This document shows, in pieces, positions 1 through 9,117 of a stretch of DNA of 32,325 bases. The first letter of the stretch is position 1; the number at the start of each line of letters is the position of its first letter. The stretch spans positions 1-32,325 of the IMG/VR virus record IMGVR_UViG_3300006025_000025. The stretch is one strand, 5' to 3'. The translations under genes and the position numbers were made by a program. The notes below the pieces were generated by a model that was not told the origin of the DNA, did no database searches, and was given only the letters and a program-made list of their open reading frames with translations. Origin of the DNA: a virus. Its lineage: Duplodnaviria > Caudoviricetes.

Positions 1-1
1 C

Positions 2-169
2 TCATGTTCAGGTGCAGATATGGATTTTGATTCAGTTACACAACAACAATGTATTGATTGTGTTTTAGAAAATTCAGGTGAAACAGAATCTAGTCTACAA
101 CAAAAACTATCAGACCAACTAAATGCACAATTAAATCCTGAAGTTACAAGCAAAACAAAAGAGTTTTAA
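2..169 (+). CDS. 3' part of a small phage protein (tail-fibre-associated); its 5' end is probably the ORF starting at 32301
   Basis: Frame 2 is open from the window edge (SCSGADMDFDSVTQQQCIDCVLE...TKEF, stop 167-169); an ORF MYEWKFNF with RBS runs off the other edge. Confidence 0.6.
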   Translation, partial: SCSGADMDFDSVTQQQCIDCVLENSGETESSLQQKLSDQLNAQLNPEVTSKTKEF

Positions 170-171
170 TC

Positions 172-402
172 ATGAAAGATGCTAACGAACTGAATGTAGA
201 AGTAGAAAAAATAAAATCAGATATTCAGTTAGTTAGAAAGGATATCGAAGTCATTAAGAATAATCATCTATATCATATAGAAAGTGATATAAGAGAACTC
301 AACAAAAGACAAGATGATAGAGATAAGAAAGCTTGGTGGATTGCTGTTATCTTAATTACACAATTAGCTATATCAGTTAGAATATTAGTATTAGGTTCTT
401 AA
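172..402 (+). CDS. Small coiled-coil protein with C-terminal TM helix (XhlA/holin-accessory-like)
   Basis: Heptad-like N-terminus, hydrophobic C-terminus AWWIAVILITQLAISVRILV; next to a holin-like gene. Confidence 0.5.
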   Translation: MKDANELNVEVEKIKSDIQLVRKDIEVIKNNHLYHIESDIRELNKRQDDRDKKAWWIAVILITQLAISVRILVLGS

Positions 403-403
403 C

Positions 404-838
404 ATGATTCCAATGGAACTATTGTCAATGTTGGCATCCACAGTTCTTGGTGGTGTTTTATCCATCATGTCTCAAAAAGCAAAGGATAGAGCAGAAGAAC
501 AAAAGATGTTATTACAACGTGCTCAACTACAAGCAGAGCAGTTTGATAAAGCAAGAGAAGTAACCGATGCTTTTACTAAGAATACTCGTAGATGGATAGC
601 ACTTATGTGTGTACTAGCTATAATTGTATTACCTAAGTTAGCACCATTTATAGACCCTAACATGCCTGTCTATGTAGGCTATGTAGAGACAGTACAGCAG
701 GGTTTTTGGCTCTTTTCTAGTGATGTTGATATGACACAATGGAAACCTTTAAATGGGCTCGTAATCACTCCATTAGACACTCATGTGGTATCTAGTATCA
801 TAGGTCTTTATTTTGGTGGCTCTTTGGTCAGAAGATAA
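404..838 (+). CDS. Putative holin (3TM/GTA-holin-like)
   Basis: N-terminal hydrophobic helix, TRRWIALMCVLAIIVLP TM segment, C-terminal IIGLYFGGS motif. Confidence 0.55.
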   Translation: MIPMELLSMLASTVLGGVLSIMSQKAKDRAEEQKMLLQRAQLQAEQFDKAREVTDAFTKNTRRWIALMCVLAIIVLPKLAPFIDPNMPVYVGYVETVQQGFWLFSSDVDMTQWKPLNGLVITPLDTHVVSSIIGLYFGGSLVRR

Positions 839-1107
839 TGTCTGAACTTACCAAGAAGATGCTTACAGCAGTCGTTCCTTTATTATTAGCTATGTTAGGT
901 TATTTATTTAATAGTCTCCTTGCTATGCATGATAGTGTTAATATATTAAATCAGAAGATGTCTATTTTAGTGGATATGGATAATCAGATTATTCCATCAC
1001 CTGATAATGTCATCGAAAGACAAAAAATAAGAGAAGATATGATGAAAGAGATATTAGAACTAGATAAAAGACTATCAATTATAGAATGGAGAATAGACAA
1101 TAAATGA
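838..1107 (+). CDS. Membrane-anchored coiled-coil protein
   Basis: N-terminal TM segment followed by a helical region; translationally coupled to the upstream gene (TAATG). Confidence 0.55.
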   Translation: MSELTKKMLTAVVPLLLAMLGYLFNSLLAMHDSVNILNQKMSILVDMDNQIIPSPDNVIERQKIREDMMKEILELDKRLSIIEWRIDNK

Positions 1108-1259
1108 CAGATATTTCACTAGCAGTAGCATTATTTTTATTATTCTTAGTGTTTTTTAATTCAGTTAGGATAAGAACTAAATGGTTTAAACCTGAGCTAT
1201 CTATAATTGAGATATTGTTCGTAATCATAGTATCATATATCATAGTGCTACAATTTTAA
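1104..1259 (+). CDS. 51-aa two-TM membrane protein (not in ORF track)
   Basis: ATGA overlap with the previous stop; MTDISLAVALFLLFLVFFNSVRIRTKWFKPELSIIEILFVIIVSYIIVLQF fills the gap up to the next RBS. Confidence 0.6.
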   Translation: MTDISLAVALFLLFLVFFNSVRIRTKWFKPELSIIEILFVIIVSYIIVLQF

Positions 1260-1268
1260 GAGGTAATC

Positions 1269-1937
1269 ATGGCAGGTCTTACAGTAACAACAGCAGAAAC
1301 AGAATTTGCAATCACAAGTGCAGAAGTCAAGAATTGGCTTAGAATCGATGGTAGTGATGATGATACAGTTATATCAACATTACTTAAAGCATCACATAAT
1401 TGGGCTAAGAGATACACAGCAAGAAGTATTACAACCCAAACATTAAAGATTTCAATAGATTCTGTTTATGATACCGATATACCTGTCAAAGAAGGAAACT
1501 ATGTAGGCATAGACCAAGATATTACTCGTAGAAGTATATTACTGCCACAATCACCTGTATCATCTATATCAAGTGTTAAATACTATGATGATGCAGATAC
1601 AGAAAGCACATTTGATTCAAGTAAGTATTATTTAGATTCAGCAGGTGTTCCTGCAAGATTTGTTTTAAGAAATGGTGAAAGTTATCCAACAGGATTAAGA
1701 GTAGCCAATGCTTTAGAGATTACCTATGTAGCAGGATATGGTGGTACAACTGATGTGCCTGATGATATCAAACATGCATGTCTTATTTATACAGCATGGT
1801 TATTTGAACACAGAGGTGATGGAACAGAGAGAATGTCAGCACCTTATCAAGCAACTCAGTTATTACAACCCTATGTTGTTAGACAATTCTCAACTAACCC
1901 TTATCGTGGCACAGCACATTATGGTGGTATGGTCTAA
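1269..1937 (+). CDS. Head-tail connector (HK97 gp6/phiE125 gp8-like)
   Basis: EVKNWLRID..DDTVI start, YVAGYG...VPDDIKHACL...FEHR end; RBS GAGG. Confidence 0.85.
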   Translation: MAGLTVTTAETEFAITSAEVKNWLRIDGSDDDTVISTLLKASHNWAKRYTARSITTQTLKISIDSVYDTDIPVKEGNYVGIDQDITRRSILLPQSPVSSISSVKYYDDADTESTFDSSKYYLDSAGVPARFVLRNGESYPTGLRVANALEITYVAGYGGTTDVPDDIKHACLIYTAWLFEHRGDGTERMSAPYQATQLLQPYVVRQFSTNPYRGTAHYGGMV

Positions 1938-2266
1938 TGTCTCTTATAGGAGAGATGAGAAATAGAATCAGTTTACAGACTTTAGGTGGTGTAACTGATG
2001 CAGGTGGTGGTCAATCTACTAGCTATTCTACTGCTACAACTGTATGGGCTAAAGCAGAGAATCTATCAGGTGGTGAAGGAATCTTTGGAGACCAAATCAG
2101 AGGAACATCTAATTACAGATTTACAATCAGATATTATTCTTCTTTAACAGAAAAATATAGAATCTCTTACAACTCAAAAACATTTAACATAACTCAGATT
2201 ACTGATATTCAAGAAGGAAGAAGAAAGTTTCAAGAAATACTAGCAACTGAAGGAGTAGCTACATGA
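1937..2266 (+). CDS. Head closure/head-tail adaptor (SPP1 gp16-like)
   Basis: GEMRNRISLQ...DAGGG...VWAK...FTIRY motifs; gene position. Confidence 0.85.
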   Translation: MSLIGEMRNRISLQTLGGVTDAGGGQSTSYSTATTVWAKAENLSGGEGIFGDQIRGTSNYRFTIRYYSSLTEKYRISYNSKTFNITQITDIQEGRRKFQEILATEGVAT

Positions 2267-2682
2267 TATCTGTAAAAGTTGAATCTAACTTTGCTAAGAA
2301 TGCAGAAGTAGTACTTAAAAAGTATCAGGTCAATGCATCAAGACATGTTAATCGTGTTCTTAATACTTTTAAGAGGGATATTCAGTTGGGCATGAGAAAC
2401 ACACCAAAGACAGGTAATACTTATGAACGAGGTGGTAAAACTCATATAGCTTCATCAGCAGGGAATCCACCTGCAATGGACACAAGCAGATTGGTAAATA
2501 GTATTCAAATTAAACCATCATCACCAAGTATAAAACCTGTAGGCAAAGTATTTACTAATGTAGAATATGCTCAGATGTTAGAACTTTATATGGACAGACC
2601 ATTTATGGGTAAGGAATCCAAAGCATATCAACAAGCAAAAGAATTCTCTAAAAAGATGGCTAAAGATATTAAGGTGAAATAA
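2263..2682 (+). CDS. HK97 gp10-like tail completion protein
   Basis: HIASSAGNPPAMDTSRLVNSI, VEYA..LE, RPFM motifs. Confidence 0.8.
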   Translation: MISVKVESNFAKNAEVVLKKYQVNASRHVNRVLNTFKRDIQLGMRNTPKTGNTYERGGKTHIASSAGNPPAMDTSRLVNSIQIKPSSPSIKPVGKVFTNVEYAQMLELYMDRPFMGKESKAYQQAKEFSKKMAKDIKVK

Positions 2683-3092
2683 TGGGATATCATTCATTCG
2701 ATTTACAATCAGCACTCTATTCATTGTTATCAGGTGATAGCACACTTGATAGTTTATTAGGTGATAACAAGATATTTGATTCTGTAGCACCACAAGATAC
2801 AGCATATCCTTATGTTTTAATTGGCACAGAAATAACCACAGATATAGGAACTAAGACTGTAGATGGTAATTTATACAACGTAGATATTGATGTTTGGTCT
2901 CAATATAGAGGTCAAAAGGAAATCAAGGAAATAATGGAAAGAATTTACAATTTAACGAATAATGTTACAATCTCTGTGTCAGGTGCTGATTCTGTTATGA
3001 GTTATGTCAATAGTGCAACAACTCTCGTAGAAGCAGATGGAATCACAAGACATGGTATAATTAATATTAATTTTACAATTTACGATAATTAA
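2682..3092 (+). CDS. Tail terminator (DUF3168-like)
   Basis: LQSALYSLL, YPYVLIG, IDVWS, DGITRHG motifs; immediately precedes the tail tube gene. Confidence 0.8.
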   Translation: MGYHSFDLQSALYSLLSGDSTLDSLLGDNKIFDSVAPQDTAYPYVLIGTEITTDIGTKTVDGNLYNVDIDVWSQYRGQKEIKEIMERIYNLTNNVTISVSGADSVMSYVNSATTLVEADGITRHGIININFTIYDN

Positions 3093-3103
3093 GAGGTAAA
3101 CAA

Positions 3104-3517
3104 ATGGCAGTACAAAAAGGTGCAGAGGTATTAGTCAAAGTTGGAGATGGTGCTTCACCTGAAGCATTTACAACTATTGGTGGACTAAGAGATACTTCAA
3201 TTTCAATCAACCAAGAAACAGTTGATGTTACAACAAAAGATTCATCTAGAGTTAGAGAACTTCTAGCACAAGGTGGAATTAAATCTTTTACAATTTCAGG
3301 TAGTGGTGTATTTGATGATTCAGCATCACATCAAACAGTATTAAGTGATTTTGATAGTGCTACATTTACTAACTATCAATTCATAGTGCCTGATTACAAT
3401 ACTTTTACAGGCTCATTCCAAGTAACAGCTATTGAATATAGTGGTACTTATAATGATTCAGCTCAGTATTCACTTACATTTGAATCAGCAGGTGAAATAA
3501 CTATTGCTACTGTCTAA
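3104..3517 (+). CDS. Major tail tube protein (TP901-1/GTA type)
   Basis: MAVQKG..VLVKVGDG, IGGLRDTSISIN.ETVDVT, SGSGVF, FESAG motifs. Confidence 0.9.
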   Translation: MAVQKGAEVLVKVGDGASPEAFTTIGGLRDTSISINQETVDVTTKDSSRVRELLAQGGIKSFTISGSGVFDDSASHQTVLSDFDSATFTNYQFIVPDYNTFTGSFQVTAIEYSGTYNDSAQYSLTFESAGEITIATV

Positions 3518-3771
3518 TGTGGATTGATACAGAAGTAACTGTAAATAAAAAAAAGATTAATGCTAAAGTTAATCTAGGTTCTGACCAATCAGAAGTTGAA
3601 CTGCCATTCTTTGATGGTTGGGATAACTTAGGTGTTATGAAAATAGATAAGGAAAAATATCTCATCTTTAGTGCTACAAATGTTGGTGGTAGAGATGAGA
3701 TAATCAGAATGAAAATTAAAAAGGAGAAAAGTAATGACAGTCAATTCGTTGAAAGCAGAGAAGATTCTTAA
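3517..3771 (+). CDS. Hypothetical protein between tail tube and chaperone
   Basis: Coupled TAATG start, fills the gap; no recognised motif. Confidence 0.55.
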   Translation: MWIDTEVTVNKKKINAKVNLGSDQSEVELPFFDGWDNLGVMKIDKEKYLIFSATNVGGRDEIIRMKIKKEKSNDSQFVESREDS

Positions 3772-4075
3772 TTTCAAAGACAAGACATACAAAGCTCGTA
3801 TGTCATTAGATACCATCATGAGAATAGAAGAAGCATTAGGCACATCTATTCTTAAAGTAGGTAATAAACTAACTACAGCAGATATTACTTTATTAGATAT
3901 CATAACTATCTTAACTCTTGCTATCAGAGCAGGTGGAAATGATATTAATGAATCTGATATTAAAAAACATGTATCTGAGATTGGTTTAGTTGAATCAATG
4001 AAATTAACAGGTGAACTACTGACATTAGCACTTAATGTAGACCCTGATAATACAGAAAAAAAAAGCAATCCTTAA
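3734..4075 (+). CDS. Tail assembly chaperone (G-like, GTA gp10-like)
   Basis: RBS AAGGAG; position before the tape measure gene; ends in a slippery A-run. Confidence 0.8.
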   Translation: MTVNSLKAEKILNFKDKTYKARMSLDTIMRIEEALGTSILKVGNKLTTADITLLDIITILTLAIRAGGNDINESDIKKHVSEIGLVESMKLTGELLTLALNVDPDNTEKKSNP

Positions 4076-4281
4076 ATGATGATTACGAGCTACCTGTAGA
4101 AAGGTGGCTTGAAATATGTGTTGGTATGATGCATCTATCACCACAGCAAGTGTGGGATATGTCTATTAAGGAAATCACTCTAGCTATAAAAGGATTTACA
4201 GAATACAATACAGGTAAGAAATCAGAGCCTATGGACAAATCTGATTTGGAACGATTAAAGGAAATGTACCCTGACAACTAG
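4063..4281 (+). CDS. -1 frameshift extension of the tail chaperone (T part of G-T)
   Basis: A9 run at 4056-4064; the -1 frame reads KQSLNDDYELPVERWLEICVGMMHLSPQQVWDMSIKEI...LKEMYPDN and stops 2 nt before the tape measure start. Confidence 0.8.
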   Translation, partial: KQSLNDDYELPVERWLEICVGMMHLSPQQVWDMSIKEITLAIKGFTEYNTGKKSEPMDKSDLERLKEMYPDN

Positions 4282-4283
4282 AC

Positions 4284-6038
4284 ATGGAATTAGATAAGTT
4301 ATTAGTTAAAATTGAAGCAGATTTATCAGACTTAAAACGAGGTCTTGATAAAGCAAACAACGAAGTCAAAAAATCATCTAGCAAGATGTCAAACGAATTC
4401 AAGAAGTTTGGCACAACTCTTAGCAACATAGGTGGAAAAGTAATCACATTCGGTGGTTTATTTGCTACAGCATTTGGTGCATATCAAATCAAACAAGTAG
4501 TTGATGTCGGAAGACAAATCGAAGACTTACAAGTAAGACTAAAAGCATTATTCGGTACAGCAGAAGAAGGCTCTAGAGCATTTGACCAAATGGTCAAGTT
4601 TGCTAGTAAAGTACCATTCACATTAGCAGAAATACAAGGTGCATCAGGTAATCTTGCAGTAGTAGCAGAAGATGCAGAAGAACTTGCAGAGTTATTAGAG
4701 ATAACAGGTAATGTAGCAGGTGCTACAGGTTTATCATTCCAACAAACTGCTGAACAAATTCAAAGGTCGTTCTCAGGTGGTATAGCATCTGCTGATGTAT
4801 TCAGAGAAAGAGGTGTCAGGTCAATGCTTGGATTCCAAGTGGGTGCTGAAGTCTCAATCAATGAAACTGTAAAAAGATTTAAAGAAGTATTTGGTAAAGG
4901 TGGAGAGTTTGGAAATGTAACAGATGATTTAGCAAACACTTTAACAGGTACTTTATCTATGCTTGAAGATAAACTATTTCAATTCAGAAAAGCAATTGCA
5001 GATGAATTTATGGTTGAGCTAAAGGCTCAGTTTGGTGATTTAAATAATGCACTTGCAAACAGTCAAGATGAAATAGTTAAGTTTGGCTCTGAGGTTGGTA
5101 AATCATTAGCTAACCTTACAAGCATCATTGTAGAAAACTTTGAAACAATAAAAACCACAGTAGAAGCATTAGGAATATTCTTAGCAACAACTGTAGTAGC
5201 AAAAGTTATTACAGCATTTGCAAAAGCAAACGTGGTAGTAAGAGGTTTAACTGTATCTTTAATAGCACTTCAAGCAGGTTTTGATAGAGTAGAAAAAACA
5301 GAAAAGAAAGTAGTAAGAGTACAAAAAGATGAAATTGCAAACTTAAATGGAATCTTGAAGCTCATAGATATTTATGGTGATAAAGTTCTTAATTTAAATG
5401 ATGCTAAACAAAAAACTGCCGAAATAACAAAAAATGTCATCATAACAGAAGGTGAACTAAAAGAAATAGTTCAAGAAGTAAATAAAACATTTGAAGATGC
5501 AGGACAATCTATTTCCGATGCTTTCGGTGATTCAATAGCTAAAGGTCAGGATTTTGGTGATGCTATGAAGAATATATTCCAAGATGTAACATCACAGATT
5601 ATTTCAACAATAGCACAAATATTAATTATAAAACCTTTGATAGATAGTTTAACTGCATCATTAACTGAATATCAGGAAAAACAAAAAGGTGGCATAGGTG
5701 CATCTTTAGGTGGTGGTTTAGGTGGTTTAGTAAGTTCAGTTGGCTCATTCTTAGGATTTGCAAATGGTGGTTATACTCCACCAAACAAACCTTACATGGT
5801 AGGTGAAAGAGGTGCTGAGTTATTTGTACCTAAAACAGCAGGAAACATAATTCCTAATAACGAATTAGGTGGTAGTGGAGTTGTAGTTAATCAATCAATA
5901 TCATTTAGCACAGGTGTTGTACCAACAGTAAGAGCAGAAGTCTTAAATCTTCTACCAACAATCAAACAAGAAACAATAAATGCAGTAGCAGAACAAAGAA
6001 GTCGTGGTGGTGCATTTGCTAGAACATTCGGAGCATAG
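4284..6038 (+). CDS. Tape measure protein
   Basis: Long helical Ala/Gly-rich protein; FASKVPFTLAEI N-terminal tape domain; C-terminal FANGG...YMVGERGAELFVP. Confidence 0.92.
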   Translation: MELDKLLVKIEADLSDLKRGLDKANNEVKKSSSKMSNEFKKFGTTLSNIGGKVITFGGLFATAFGAYQIKQVVDVGRQIEDLQVRLKALFGTAEEGSRAFDQMVKFASKVPFTLAEIQGASGNLAVVAEDAEELAELLEITGNVAGATGLSFQQTAEQIQRSFSGGIASADVFRERGVRSMLGFQVGAEVSINETVKRFKEVFGKGGEFGNVTDDLANTLTGTLSMLEDKLFQFRKAIADEFMVELKAQFGDLNNALANSQDEIVKFGSEVGKSLANLTSIIVENFETIKTTVEALGIFLATTVVAKVITAFAKANVVVRGLTVSLIALQAGFDRVEKTEKKVVRVQKDEIANLNGILKLIDIYGDKVLNLNDAKQKTAEITKNVIITEGELKEIVQEVNKTFEDAGQSISDAFGDSIAKGQDFGDAMKNIFQDVTSQIISTIAQILIIKPLIDSLTASLTEYQEKQKGGIGASLGGGLGGLVSSVGSFLGFANGGYTPPNKPYMVGERGAELFVPKTAGNIIPNNELGGSGVVVNQSISFSTGVVPTVRAEVLNLLPTIKQETINAVAEQRSRGGAFARTFGA

Positions 6039-6040
6039 TT

Positions 6041-6667
6041 ATGGCAGAGCCAAGTTATCCTTTAACATTACCAACATCTCCATCTAACTTTGTTACAAGT
6101 GAATGGAGAATTATTAGAACAGTTGCTTATACTGAATCACCATTTACCTATGGTCAGCAAGTAGCAAAATATCAAGGCTCAGTTTGGCAGACAACAGTTA
6201 CATTACCACCAATGAACAGGGCAGATGCAGGAGCATGGCAGTCATTCTTTATGCAACTCAATGGCAGATTTGGAACATTCTTACTTGGAGACCCTGATGC
6301 TAAAACCATACAAGGTGGAGCAACTACAGTTATATCAGTTAATGGAGACCATTCAGTTGGAGCATACGATGTTGTAGTAGATGGTGCTGATGTATCTACA
6401 GTGATATTTAAGAAAGGTGATTATGTACAATTTGGCTCAGGTGCATCATCTAAACTTCATATGATAGTAGCTGATATCACATCAGATGGTTCAGGTAATG
6501 CTACATTACAAATCGAGCCATCACTTAAAACAGCACTTACAGATGATGATGTTGTAACTTATTCTAATACCAAAGCAGTCATGAGAATGGATTCTAATGA
6601 ATTAGGATGGAATGCTAACAATGTATCACTCTATGGAATCACATTTTCCTGCACAGAATCCCTATAA
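6041..6667 (+). CDS. Distal tail (Dit)-like protein
   Basis: Immediately after the tape measure gene; ESPFT..QQV, W...TLPPM, F..QLNGRFGTF pattern. Confidence 0.7.
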   Translation: MAEPSYPLTLPTSPSNFVTSEWRIIRTVAYTESPFTYGQQVAKYQGSVWQTTVTLPPMNRADAGAWQSFFMQLNGRFGTFLLGDPDAKTIQGGATTVISVNGDHSVGAYDVVVDGADVSTVIFKKGDYVQFGSGASSKLHMIVADITSDGSGNATLQIEPSLKTALTDDDVVTYSNTKAVMRMDSNELGWNANNVSLYGITFSCTESL

Positions 6668-6718
6668 TCGATTTTATGGGCTTTAAATTTTGGGTGGTAC
6701 CAAAGTACCCTAGACATT

Positions 6719-6751
6719 AAAAAGGAGCTAAAATAGGGTATTCTAGCTCCT
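6719..6751 (-). terminator. Intrinsic terminator at the convergence of the late and early operons
   Basis: AGGAGCTA (6723-6730)/TAGCTCCT (6744-6751) stem with an A-run at 6719-6723, giving a U-tract on the minus strand. Confidence 0.6.
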
Positions 6752-6774
6752 CATATTCGGAGAAATATAACTAA

Positions 6775-6876
6775 TTATAGCACAATATCCCAAAATATAG
6801 CTATTATTGAGATAAATACCACACATTTGATGGTATCTTGATGTTGCTCATATATTTCTAGTATTTTATCTTTCAT
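6775..6876 (-). CDS. 33-aa membrane peptide (not in ORF track)
   Basis: RBS AGGAG; MKDKILEIYEQHQDTIKCVVFISIIAIFWDIVL. Confidence 0.55.
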   Translation of the reverse strand: MKDKILEIYEQHQDTIKCVVFISIIAIFWDIVL

Positions 6877-7051
6877 TGTTATTCTCCTGTTGAACTATGT
6901 AATGTACATTATCACCTCTATGGTAATTTAATATAGTACATATATCATTTGCTTCTTCTTCGGTGTCATGTTTACCACCGAAAAATCCTCTGTATTTAGA
7001 TGCTACTGCACCTGTTGATTTATTGGTTATTTCAATTATTTGATAGCTCAT
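6866..7051 (-). CDS. Hypothetical protein
   Basis: RBS AGGAG; part of the operon. Confidence 0.65.
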   Translation of the reverse strand: MSYQIIEITNKSTGAVASKYRGFFGGKHDTEEEANDICTILNYHRGDNVHYIVQQENNNER

Positions 7052-7060
7052 TTTTATCTC

Positions 7061-7444
7061 CTAGTAGTTAAAATACAATACTGCACTGATTGGTACTAAA
7101 ATACCTCTTGAAGTATTCTCATCACCACCTTCAGCAATCTTTCCTGCTTGATAATATTTTCTAGCAATCTTTTTCATGTTCTCAATCGGAACAGATAAAG
7201 TGAAACACAATTTTTCTTTTTTATAAAAAGATACAACCCAATGGTCAGATTTTGTAGTTGTTATGCCACTGTCTTTATTTCTAGATTTAAATTCAACAAA
7301 CATGTTTCCTGTTTCTTTCCATTTATCTTGTTCTGCTTTGACTTCATGTTTACCATCATATAAATCTTTTAATATTTTACTGTATTCTTCTTCAGCTAAC
7401 ACACCTGTCTCTAGGTCATATCTAAAATCAGAATTATGTTTCAT
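7061..7444 (-). CDS. Putative PD-(D/E)xK-like nuclease-fold protein
   Basis: HEVK...TGNMFVEF...SGITTTKSDHW motif common in phage proteins. Confidence 0.5.
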   Translation of the reverse strand: MKHNSDFRYDLETGVLAEEEYSKILKDLYDGKHEVKAEQDKWKETGNMFVEFKSRNKDSGITTTKSDHWVVSFYKKEKLCFTLSVPIENMKKIARKYYQAGKIAEGGDENTSRGILVPISAVLYFNY

Positions 7445-7640
7445 TTTCAGTCACTTCTATTAATTTATTAATGTACCATTGAGCCTTTTTTAAATCCTCT
7501 AATCCATTCTTATATCTGTGTCTACAAATATACTTCAGGACATTGGATTCAAGATAAGGCATCTTTTGGTCTAGGATAAAATCGATTACTTCAATCTTAC
7601 CTTGTGTGTAATGTTTAGGATGATTTACATTGTCAGTCAT
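7434..7640 (-). CDS. DUF3310 (SaV-like) protein
   Basis: DNVNHPKHY..G.IEVID, NVLKY..R...KNGLEDLKKAQWY; start moved to 7640 after the RBS. Confidence 0.88.
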   Translation of the reverse strand: MTDNVNHPKHYTQGKIEVIDFILDQKMPYLESNVLKYICRHRYKNGLEDLKKAQWYINKLIEVTENET

Positions 7641-7724
7641 TTTATTCTCCTTAGATGTAACAGATGGGAATGTCACAACCCACCTGTTCTATAACATCTC
7701 ATGTTACTTCTCAGCAACCCATTG

Positions 7725-7874
7725 CTAAGAATTCAGTTTCCCTAAATGCTCTTTGTAAAAGTTTAGAGTTGCAATATCAGACTTATGGTCTTCGTGGGTT
7801 ATTTTAGAATCACCTGATTTATATTCTTTGATTCTATCTTGTAAGTAATTAATTACTTTCACATTGTCTATCAT
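7725..7874 (-). CDS. Hypothetical protein
   Basis: RBS AAGGAG before the ATG at 7874. Confidence 0.6.
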   Translation of the reverse strand: MIDNVKVINYLQDRIKEYKSGDSKITHEDHKSDIATLNFYKEHLGKLNS

Positions 7875-7947
7875 GTTTATTTCTCCTTGTTTTTGATTTT
7901 GTGTGGGAATCAATTCTATCACAAATCAATTCCCACGATTTATTTTT

Positions 7948-8082
7948 TTATAAGTTTTTATATGCAATCACAAGTTCATTAGCACTTGTTGGATTCATTC
8001 CTGACTTAATCAATTTAGATACAATCAGAGAACGTGCTCTTTGTTTCATCTTGCTTTTGCTAAAGCTTGTTTTTGTTTTCAT
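7948..8082 (-). CDS. 44-aa basic protein (not in ORF track)
   Basis: ATGA overlap with the upstream stop; MKTKTSFSKSKMKQRARSLIVSKLIKSGMNPTSANELVIAYKNL. Confidence 0.5.
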   Translation of the reverse strand: MKTKTSFSKSKMKQRARSLIVSKLIKSGMNPTSANELVIAYKNL

Positions 8083-8618
8083 ATTTGTTCCCTTTCTACT
8101 CTTGATGGTTTGAATAATGAGTTAGTAACTTCTATTGCATACTTTACAATTCCATTTTTCTGACCACCATAATATTGCACATAAGTATTCCCATAATAAG
8201 ATTCTCTTTCAAAAGAATCTCTTTTACCTATAGATTTATATTCAACTATAGATGATTGGTCATAACATGTTTTATTATGTATGAACATGGCATGACCACG
8301 ATAAGAAATGATGTAACTTTTGTCTCTTGCAGTATGCTCATCTATAAACTTTTTAAGAGACATTTTGCTACCTTCATATTCATTGATAATATATCTAACT
8401 TTCCTTTTATATTTATTTGTTAAAAAAGTAGCATAATTTTCTGTTCTTGTACGACCTCTCCATTCCTTGCTCATACGAAAATATTTTCTGTAAGCATTGA
8501 ACACAGTTTGCACAGGTTTATTAACTGCTAAAGACATTGCAAATATTCCACACAAACCTTGCTCGGATATTGGTCTCCCATTTGCTTCTTCTTTATTTTT
8601 GTATCTATATATTGTCAT
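8079..8618 (-). CDS. Hypothetical protein, possible papain/C39-like Cys-His fold
   Basis: GLCGIFAMSLA helix followed by RGHAM...CYD; RBS AGGAG. Confidence 0.45.
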   Translation of the reverse strand: MTIYRYKNKEEANGRPISEQGLCGIFAMSLAVNKPVQTVFNAYRKYFRMSKEWRGRTRTENYATFLTNKYKRKVRYIINEYEGSKMSLKKFIDEHTARDKSYIISYRGHAMFIHNKTCYDQSSIVEYKSIGKRDSFERESYYGNTYVQYYGGQKNGIVKYAIEVTNSLFKPSRVEREQI

Positions 8619-8673
8619 ATTTTTCTCCTATTTAGTTTTGGGTAGTTTAGGTGATACCCACACCATTCGTTTA

Positions 8674-9015
8674 TTATAAACCTCGTGTACCCATACATTC
8701 AGGTTTACATGCTGACCAATTTAAACTGCTTGGTTTACGACCAACACTTCTAAATCTTCTTGCTTTCTCAACTGTGTTTTGAATAGCAACATCTCTTTCT
8801 GCATCATCAAGAAATGCTGTAGACCACCATATGTGTCTTGCACCTCTTGTGCCTTTTAAGAATAATATTGCATTTGCTCTTGGGCATGTTTTGTCTGTGT
8901 AAGCAATCATACCTATAGATTCAAGTTCTTCATTTTCTATTTTCTCAAAGTTAGGATGCTCACCTGCTTTGATTGTTAGTTTATCTTCTTTGTCGTAGTA
9001 GTTTTCGTTTGTCAT
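8674..9015 (-). CDS. Hypothetical early protein
   Basis: RBS AAGGAG before the ATG at 9015; first gene after a promoter. Confidence 0.65.
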   Translation of the reverse strand: MTNENYYDKEDKLTIKAGEHPNFEKIENEELESIGMIAYTDKTCPRANAILFLKGTRGARHIWWSTAFLDDAERDVAIQNTVEKARRFRSVGRKPSSLNWSACKPECMGTRGL

Positions 9016-9050
9016 AATTTTCTCCTTTTCTATATAAGTCTTAATTAACT

Positions 9051-9087
9051 TATACGTTAAGTATACAATACTGAAAGTATAATACAA
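9051..9087 (-). promoter_or_regulatory. Sigma70-like promoter with two TATAC-N5-GTATA operator boxes
   Basis: TTGTAT (9087-9082), 16 nt, TATACT (9065-9060); boxes at 9051-9065 and 9067-9081; A-tracts upstream. Confidence 0.6.
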
Positions 9088-9117
9088 TACCCAAAAAGCA
9101 CTTTTTTTCAGTTTTTT

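Noticed and set aside
1269-6667. Chromosomal gene transfer agent cluster
   Set aside because: The tail genes are GTA-like, but the window has its own replication and recombination genes and no host genes
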